Source: Chrysomallon squamiferum
Lineage: Eukaryota > Animalia > Mollusca
Direction of reading: 5' to 3'
DNA: 64,000 nucleotides
Assembly: GCA_012295275.1 (NCBI GenBank)
Contig: CM022671.1
Location: 3,968,001-4,032,000, forward strand
The notes under the pieces are model-generated. The model saw nothing but the letters and a program-made list of their open reading frames with translations, was not told where the DNA came from and did no database searches. Position numbers and translations under genes: made by a program. Every line of letters starts with the position of its first letter. The stretch's first letter is position 1. Below are positions 54,088 through 64,000 of the stretch, piece by piece.

Positions 54088-56197
54088 CTTCTGACAAAGT
54101 GTTACATGTGTTCATGTACCCATCTTTTTTTTTCTTTATTTTTTTTTTCTTTTTTTGTCGAGTTATTTATCACAAAGTCGTTGAAAGCTGTTATTATTTT
54201 GACGGGAGCGAACAATATTTTTGAAACGGCAGCCATTTAAAAATAAATTGACTTGCGTTGATGGAGACGTTTACATCGGCCTGTTTGCCTGGCGTCTCTC
54301 AGCGCGCGCTTTCTCACGTGCTCTTTGGCGGAATCTGGGCAATTATCATGTTAATTTCATTGATATTAATTCGTCGTTTGCTCGAAATTGCAGCTTGGCA
54401 TAAGACAAGTCTGAAATAAAAGACAGTTGGTCGAAGAGAGAGAACGCAAGTGACAGAATTCAGATTAGAATTAAATGTTTTTACAGTCGGAATACCGGGG
54501 GAAAAAAAGAAAAGAGAATGAACAAATGAAGGAATGAATAGATAGATAGACAGACTAACAGATAAATAGATAGACAGATAGATAGACAAACAAACACAGA
54601 CAGTCAGATAGATAGACAAACACAGACAGACAGACAGACAAACAAATCGGTAGATAAACTGATTTTTATTTAACCAGGCTTCGGGTTATTGTTTATAATA
54701 ACAGTAATTTGGGTGTGAAATAATTTTATATTGTTCTTTCATAACAATGACACAAAAATTAATAGTGATATTTATATATAAAATTTAAAGATATAACATT
54801 TATTATAGTGTTTACAGTTAAATAACAAAGACAACGGTCGTGATTTCTTCGTCATGAATTAATAATTTTAAATAATATCGATGACTCAGGAGTTAAATAT
54901 ATTATTTTTTATAATTATTGCATGAATAAATCGGTGAATATTACTGACAACATATCTTATTAATATTATTACTGATAAAGTGATTGGAATTTTTTTACTA
55001 TTATTATTAATCAAAATCTATTGTTTTGTTATTAACACCGAAACCTGATAAGAGAAAACTAATTCATGAGCTATCGTGGTTAAACAAATATTTGTCATTC
55101 GGGTGAAATTTATAAAGTTCAAATTTCACGCGATTTCTTCTGTCTGAAACCAACAATAAGAAGATTAAACGACATCTTAAATATATAAACAAATCTTTTA
55201 CATGTTTAAAAATAAGTTTTAAACAAACAAACAAACAAACTAACAGACAAACAAACACACAAACAAACAATAAGAAGATTAAATAAACCTTAAATATATA
55301 ACCAAATCTTTTACACATTTAAAAATTAGTTTTAAATAAATAAACAAACAGACTAACAAACAAATAAATAAATAAATAAACAAGTAAATAAATAAATAAA
55401 CAAGTAAATAAATAAATAAATAAATAAGTCAATAAATAAATATATAAATAAATAAACAAACAAACAAATACATAAATAAACAAGTAAATAAATAAATAAA
55501 AAAGCAAGTTAATTAACAAATAAACAAACAAACAAACAGACAGACAAACGCACAAACAAACAAACAAATAAATAAATATAAATCATATATCAATGAAATT
55601 TAAAAAAAGGCAAGATGCTATTTCATTCGATACTCAACACAAAACCAAGTTAACTTTTCACTTCGGGACGAGAAAACCGTTGTATTGGTTTTCCGAATCG
55701 TTTAAAATACCTCGGCTTCTATCAAACGAAAAAAATGTTTCGAGCGCGCGCAATTTTCTTCGACTCGTTTTCGAGCTAGCACCGCGCGCCCTCTTCAAGA
55801 AACATTTCTCGGTTTTTAAAAAAAAAAAAAAAAAAGTCAGTTAACACTGAGTGATCGCTCGGTCTCTTTACTGCAACATTTTATTTGAACACTATCGGGT
55901 TTCCTCAAATATACATTCACCATTCAGAAAGACTATCTCTGTCAAAGATCGGGACTTAAGTATAGGCCCTCCGCTTCACCGGGGATAAATGCGAAAACGG
56001 CCTCATCAATTTTCCAAATGGAATAACAACTAGCGTAGAGTCTCGTCCCTTGGGTCTCGATAAACCCGGTTTTCCGCGGGAAGGGTGACTTCCAGTCCGA
56101 GCAGTCGAGTCCGACGTGGTTCTCAATAATGATTGGATAATGACAGAACGAATTGCATTGTGGGTGTGGCGATTTCCTCCGGAAGAGCATCCCTTAT

Positions 56198-56235
<38 letters not shown>

Positions 56236-56693
56236 CTGTTTTGATATGACTGTCGACTTTGTGGTTTAAAAGAGGAAATTAACACAGAATACAGGAATGA
56301 TTTATTGCCAGGCGTTTAAGAAAAGGATGGCTCAGAGCAAATAGCGTTTATGATTAAATGTTTTGAAATATGACAGATACAAAGAGAGAGCAACATGGCG
56401 CCGATGGAAGATGAAGAAGAAAAATGCGCGTCTGGGTGTAAAAACGAAGTCAGAAGTAATAAAACTTCGTGTAAAACACCAATAAATGAGCAGAAAAAAA
56501 CACTTTTGTAAAATTTATTTAGTGAATTTTTGTTGTTTTTATTGTTTTGGTTGTTTTTGAACTTTTAAATAATTAGTGTGGGGTTTTTTGTGGGGTTTTT
56601 TTGTTGTTGTTTTTTTAATGATGAACAAATAACTGAAGTAATATTCGTGTCAACTTTTGAACTTATAAGGTTTTCTGAAATGGTCTCAACAGT

Positions 56694-56773
<80 letters not shown>

Positions 56774-57678
56774 CCTGTATTGTTTCTAAATATTAACTAT
56801 ACATGCAGGTTCATTTGTAAGGGAATAAAAATTATACTTTATCAAAATCATATTCAATCAGGATAAGTTAATAAAGTATAAACTTCTATTGCACTTTGCA
56901 AAACATCATATTTTTTTTTTTTTTTTTTTTTTGGTTTGATGAAAAGAGTTTAATATATATTAATAATTTTATTTGTTTCTGAAAACAATAAGAATATCAC
57001 TTTTATTTTCAATCTGCTTTCTTGTTCTAGCCATATGACGCCAAAATGAAAACAAAACTATACTGTGATAAATGTCCACGATATAAGTGAAAATAAAATA
57101 AAAAAAATATCAGTTTCTGAATGACAAAGTTAATATATTAATTTATATATTTATATTACACAAAAGAAATTATACAGTTGAACAGATATGAAACTAAAAT
57201 ATAATTCAGGCAATTAAATAGAAAAAAACTGATATAAAGCCAAAATAATTTATACAGTGAAACGGAAAACAAAATAATCTTTTATCTGTGGATTTGTTTA
57301 TTAATTTATTTATGAGAAAAGTAATTAGAATTAAAATAGTGACCGCAAAATCCCAGATTTGTGATCATCAGTGGAAATACTGTAATAAAGACTTGGTAGT
57401 GAATATACAGAGATAGATAACCTATGTAGGTGAAATATATATGTGTGCTTTTCCATAGCAGTTTTATATTAAGTGATAGTTATATACACCATATTGAAAA
57501 GATAAAATGATTCATTAAATAATTGTTTTAATACTATTGTAATATGTACGAAAAAAAGTTTTAAAAAGTTTATTTTATTTTGAAGATGTATGTTTGTATG
57601 AATGTATGAATGTATGTATGTATGTATGTATGTATGTATGTATGTATGTATGTATGTATGTATGTATGTATGTGTGTG

Positions 57679-57709
<31 letters not shown>

Positions 57710-57734
57710 ATGTGTGTGTATGTGTGTGTGTGTT

Positions 57735-57768
<34 letters not shown>

Positions 57769-58902
57769 CTTAATTATATAAAAAGAAAAAGATTTAACCT
57801 AATGTCATGACATTAAACTTCTCCAATACAGAATCCATTTAACTTTGTTTTTCCCTTTCTAAATTTGGTAAATAATACTTTATAAATAAATCACTCGTTC
57901 TTTAAAAAAAAACAAAAAAGCATTAAAACAGTAAATGTATTTAATAAATTAGACTTTAAAAGGGCGTTTTCAGCCATGTTATTGTAACGAGAAAGTCTAG
58001 AAGAAAACAAAATACCATGTGTTCGATTTCGATAAGAATGAGTGTTTTCTCAAGATATTTTTCTTACAAACAAAATTTGTCAGGAAGAACAATTAGGAAT
58101 TAAAGAAGGGGGTCCTTTTCTTTCCTTCTTTCTTTAAAAAAAAAAAAAAAGAAAAATGTGAGATTTAATTTAAGTATTCCAGCGCCCGCTGGGCGCCATT
58201 ACTTTGTCGTGGTATTCATGGAAAAAAAAAATTGCATTGTTTTGAGATTTGTTCGTATTGTATATCAGCCTAGCAGTTCACGTGAATGGCGCTGTAGATC
58301 AAATTTCACGTGTCTTTGAACCACTGGTAAGAAATATCAAATCATCCAGTAAGAAAAATAATGCCTGGGTTCTGTTAGAGGTTTCATTCACGCAACGAGA
58401 ACCGCAGCGGTGCTCCGAAAACGAAGGCCGGATTACACGACTACAAAATGGCGGCCCACGTCTGTGAATGGCCGCCATTGTTTTGTTTCGCTCGCTAACG
58501 ATGATAAAAATCCTTAGACTAGGAAATATGAGTTCCAGCGTTTTGCAAAAGTTCATGACGAAAGATCGCATAAACAAAAACCACACAGAATGGTGAACAA
58601 GACTTGCATTTGTTCTACGTTGTTTCAGATTACTTATACAGATGTACGCAGATCTTTTTTTTTTTTTTTTTTTTTTTTTATTATTCTACCGCGAATTTCT
58701 CTGATAAGCCGATCGAAAAGAAGTTCCTTTGTGAGAGGCAACCCAATAACAATTTTTTTGTTTTTTTGTTTCGTATTTTATTTTATTTTTTTTTTTTTTT
58801 TGTTTTCTATTTTTTTTTATTTATCCATGTATTTGTTTATTAATCTATTTGAACGTAATGAATATTATGACATCATCATCATCGTCAACGTCATCATCAT
58901 CA

Positions 58903-58944
<42 letters not shown>

Positions 58945-61589
58945 TGTTAATACAGTGTTCTGCAGAAGAATATTTTCAGAGTTTTATTTTATTTTGACAT
59001 ATCTCCTTTGTTTATATTGAAGTCAGTGACAAAATACAGGCCTAAACAAATGCTTGTTTGTTGGTTTATACGTTTTTAAATCAATCTAATTTTCTTAAAT
59101 TCATCTATCTCTTATGTTTATCCACTTTAAATATAAATATCTGTACATTAATAAAACAAAATAATACTCAGAAATTTACCGAACGTTTTGTCAAAATAAA
59201 TGCGAATAAAATTAGTGTTTAATGATATCTGAGAATGAAAAATATATCCGTTATTGCCAAAAAAACAACAAAAAAACAAAACACGAATATAAGTAAAAGA
59301 CAGAATTGTTAAGTATCAGCTGTTATATTTACCTACCTACCTATGTCCCTATTTAACTACCTACATACATATATATATACTACATACAGATACATATTTG
59401 GACACATACATACACACACAGATACATACATAGATACATACCTATATTCATATATACACACAAGAAGGAAATCTCACACACACACACACACACACATATA
59501 TACACACACACGTACACACACATACATATATATATACACATTCACACACAAACAACGCACATATCGTAAACATATACACAACAAATTCAAACGCGAAGAG
59601 CACTCTGTAAAGACGCATCTAACAGAGTAAATCACGAAATGCACAAACATCAATAACACGGTGATTGGACAAAGAGAAAACATCTAAGTTTTATGTACAC
59701 GGTGCTGTTGTCGGCAGCTGCAAAACAAACCATCAGATTAACCTCACCGTGAACGATGTTATCTGTGATGAACAGTAAGCTTAAACTCGCATTTTTCTCT
59801 TCTTTTTTTAAAAAAACAACAAAAACAACCACACACAGGACTTTAACCTTCAGAAGTTGAGCTACAAGTCTTGTATTTGAAACTGTGTTAAAGTTCATTC
59901 ACTGACCATCTGTGGATGAAAGAACAATCGAATATTTGTAGCTATATATCTATATCAATATCTATATCTATATATCTATATATATACATATATAATTTTA
60001 AAAAAAAGAAAGAAAAAAAAGTCGCACACAAGTTGTTGGAGTAGAATAGACCTGTAAACCTGTGACAAATCGAGAACTGTTAAATTTAAAAGAAAAAAAA
60101 TGTCTTCTGTTTGTGCAATATTCATTTATTTTATTGGCATGGAAAATAAAAATGACTGAAATATTTATAATTAACATTATTTTTGTTTTTAATATGTTTT
60201 AGTAATTAATACAATAATAAAAAAATAAAATAAAATATAAAAATATAAATCTTACGACCCAGCTAAATTCATTAGAAACATATTTAGAAGTTCTGGGGGT
60301 CAGTCCAGTTGGTATTTTGGAAGTGGGTTTGTCTGTTATCCACCCATGAATTGCATCTTCTCCACACTCTCTCCGACTTTTATCAAAATATTTGTCTTTA
60401 TACACAGTTTTATAGTTTATCTATACCCATCTTTCTCTGTGTCTGTATGTCTGTCTTTCTGATTGTCTATCTATCTACCTGTCAGTTTGTCTGTTTTATT
60501 TATTTATATATATATTAGTATCAGCATTACTTTTTTTTAACACTGAATTAATTTTAATGCTTAAAAACTGAGATTGTTCTGTTAAATACATGAATGAATG
60601 AATGAATAAATGAATAATGCCACTGACAAAATATAATCTTAAATTCATAAAATTATGTTGGTTTAATCGCCACATCTGTATCTGTTTGTGCAAGCAGCTT
60701 ACACTGATACAGAGACTTGTGTAAGAAGAAGTTTCACAATTTTACGTTCAGCTTGTCAGTTGAAAGACACACAGGCACGCACGCACGCACGCACGTACAC
60801 ACACAGTGGATACTGCACTTCGAGATTTTGTAGTCCGACCAAGCTACAATAATAGCAAAAATACTCCTGGAACCTTGTATTTGTGTTTTTTTTTAAAAAA
60901 AATGGTACATTGGTACAGATACTGGAACACGTTGTCATCCAGTCTAAAAAGTTTTTGTTTCACCCAGTTTTTTTCTATTCGCTGTGCATCACAAATATTT
61001 TGTCTGTCGCTAACTCTACACGTGACAACCTGTCTCTCTTTCTATCTACATATCTATCTAAGCTATCTATCGATCTCTATATTTTCTCTCTCTCTCTCTC
61101 TCTCTCTCTCTAATTTATTTTCTCAGTCTGTCTTGTTTTCTGTTTCACTTTCTTCCCTATCAAATTCAGCAACGAGATCATCAAACCAAATTACAGCTTG
61201 CTTCACATGTCAAATAATATTAATGGTTATTAGGCGTCAAGGGTATTGGTTTCGCGAAATGATGGTTTGAGCGGAAACCCGCTGTCTTCGTGTGGGAAGA
61301 GGAAAGATATCGTTCCACATAGCCTCACAGTAAACAGGAAAACTCGAGCACGGAATCGCGACGGACGCCTGTATGGACAGAGTGAAAGTCGCGCATCGCA
61401 CCATCCCTTCGTTATAACAAAGAAAAGAAAAAAAAAGAAAAAACATTGTAAATAACAAGACTCAGCACATTTTGAATACACTTTCATACAGTTAGAGGAA
61501 ATCAGCTACTGTCATGCAGACAGAATTTATAATGAGCAATACCGATCTGATATCCAATGTATCTGTTATATATATATATATATGTCCCG

Positions 61590-61753
61590 GTTGGATACCC
61601 AATACCTCTGTAATATACAGTACAATTTTTGTTGGATATCCACTACCTCTGTAATATACAGTACAACTTTTGTTGGATACCCACTATTTCTGTAATATAC
61701 AGTACAATTTTTGTTGGATATCCAATACCTCTGTAATATACAGTACAATTTTT
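61590..61753. repeat. 41-bp minisatellite, 4 near-identical copies
   Basis: GTTGGATAYCCAMTAYYTCTGTAATATACAGTACAAYTTTT units start at 61590, 61631, 61672 and 61713. Confidence 0.93.
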
Positions 61754-62034
61754 GTACGATATACCCACTATCGTTGATGGACATCCACTCTCTCTGTTAT
61801 ACAAAACGTCCTCTTTGATGGGTGCCTAATTTCAACATCATGCCATGCACTACCCTTGTTGTAACCTGCTTTCTCTATTTTCTACAGTACTATCTATCCA
61901 TATGTTGGACATTCAATAACTCTGTCACGCATGTAACGTTCGCTATTTGTAATTGCCTGTATACGAAAGACATTACAATTCTGCTCATTTTCTTGAAATA
62001 CAAGAACACTCTCAATATGTTCAACAGACCCGAC

Positions 62035-63030
62035 TTTGTATAATAGAGGACAACACCACTCGTGTACAATACAGCACGCCAATGTAAAATACAATAGAGA
62101 CACGCCCTGTACAATACAATACAACACCGTCATGTACAATATAATAGAGACACGCCCTGTACAATACAATACAGCACCGCCCACGTAAAATACAATAGAG
62201 ACACGCCCTGTACAATATCATACAACACCGTCACTGTACAATATAATAGAACACCGTCACTGTACAATATAAAAGAACACCGTCACTGTACAATATAATA
62301 GCACCCCTGTACAATACAATACAACACCGTCACTGTACAATATATTAGAACACCGTCACTGTACAATATAATAGAACACCGTCACTGTACAATATAATAG
62401 CACCCCTGTACAATACAATATACAACCGTCACTGTACAATATAATAGCACCCCTGTACAATACAATACAACACCGTCCCTGTACAATATAATAGAACATC
62501 GTCACTGTACAATATAATAGCACCCCTGTACAATACAATACAACACCGTCACTGTACAATATAATACAACACCGTCACTGTACAATACAGCATGCCCCTG
62601 TACAATACAATACAACACCTTCACTGTACAATACAATACAACACCGTCACTGTACAATACAATACAACACCGTCACTGTGCAATACAATACAACACCGTC
62701 ACTGTACAATACAGCACGCCCCTGTACGATATAGCACTACCCCTGTACAATAAAATACAACACTTTCACTGTACAATACAATACAACATCTTCACTGTAC
62801 AGTACAGGATGCCCCTATACGATACAGCAACACCTCTGTACAATACAATACAACACCTTCACTGTACAATACAGCACCACCCCTGTACAATACAGCACTA
62901 CCCCTGTACAATACAATACAGCACCACCCCTGTACAATACAATACAGCACCACCCTTGTACAATACAATACAGCACCACATCCAGCACAATACAAACACA
63001 ACCACTGCACAATACCACAGAGCAACCTCG
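62035..63030. repeat. About 1 kb minisatellite of 18-24 bp units built on CTGTACAATA(C/T)AATA
   Basis: Variant units such as ACACCGTCACTGTACAATATAATAG and CACCCCTGTACAATACAATACA alternate; source of the VVLYC-type ORFs. Confidence 0.93.
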
Positions 63031-63774
63031 ATGACAATATAAAACCACATTAAAAAAAACACATAAAAAAGAAAACGAAGATGCTCGGGTGGGTGCTCGG
63101 GTGGGTCTGCGGGGGTAATCGCGACTCTCATAACTGTCATCATGAGCCGGGACAGACGATTAATGGCCACAGTCGCCGTCACCTTCGCGAAATCCAGACC
63201 AGCTCCGGGTCTCATTCAGCCTTTAACGTGGCCAACACATCACCTATCAAAGCCGGGCGGGTAGCGACGACAAAGACGTAGGGGCCGACGTCTCTGATCA
63301 CAGGAAACTTAAAGCCAACCCGAGGTAAGCGATACCCGGTGTCGGCACATCAAAGAGAATTAATGGGGGGCACATTCAACAGGTAGTTACACACCTTAGC
63401 AGACGCGAACATCATTTATCAAGACTGTTCTGCACTCGAGATGAAACTGGAGAATTATAGGTCTAAATGTTTTTGCAGCCCCGTAGTACACAGCGTATTA
63501 AAAGTGATGTGTTGTGTCATTCATTTATTATTAAAGGAGATTTTTTTTTTTTTTCTCTCTCTGATAAATTAATTTCTATATCATTTTGTGTGTGTTTGTT
63601 TATGTGGGTTTGTGTGTCTGTGTAATTATACTCAAACTAAAACAAAATATTAATCTGTTTTGTTTATATTTCCATTACGACAATATATATATATATATAG
63701 TAATATAAATTTTTGTCTTTGTTTTTAGATGCTTAAGAGCTCAGTATATATATATATATATATATGAACTCTTA

Positions 63775-63834
<60 letters not shown>

Positions 63835-64000
63835 CCCAAATATTATTATTATTATTATTATATCAAAAAAAAAAAAAAAAACATCATTTGGCAGGGGTGT
63901 TTGTTGCAAGCTTATCTTTTTTTTTGTAATAATATATTTAGTGCGCTTGTTGTATCACATTCAACCGCACAGACGTGGCATGCGTGTGCGTGCGTGTGCG

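Noticed and set aside
61590-61753. CRISPR-like array
   Set aside because: Units are head-to-tail with no unique spacers, there are no cas genes, and the context is eukaryotic.

Overview
AT-rich, microsatellite-saturated animal genomic DNA, most likely an invertebrate (lophotrochozoan/mollusc-like); the species cannot be determined from the sequence. The only supportable protein-coding gene is the 3' part of a GATA1/2/3-class transcription factor (GATA2/GATA3/grain ortholog) on the + strand: N-finger exon 3870-4015, C-finger exon 17866-17991 and terminal exon 27189-27578 (ends ...NMVGAMA*). The introns are 13.9 kb and 9.2 kb with GT-AG ends, and the 5' exons lie upstream of the window. A long 3' UTR follows (candidate polyA signals at 29524 and 31223), then about 33 kb with no recognisable gene. 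Nearly all other ORFs in the track are translations of simple repeats. Short CpG-rich, high-complexity islands lie between the repeats and carry dense transcription-factor motifs. The best leads are: a GATA-site cluster (possible autoregulation), a DR5 nuclear-receptor element flanked by inverted TGACAG sites, a NAGNAG acceptor like that of human GATA3, a divergent CTCF-motif pair downstream of the gene, and a tandem pair of degenerate hammerhead-ribozyme-like cores in the last intron. All motif calls were made by eye and are hypotheses; no novel system is demonstrated.
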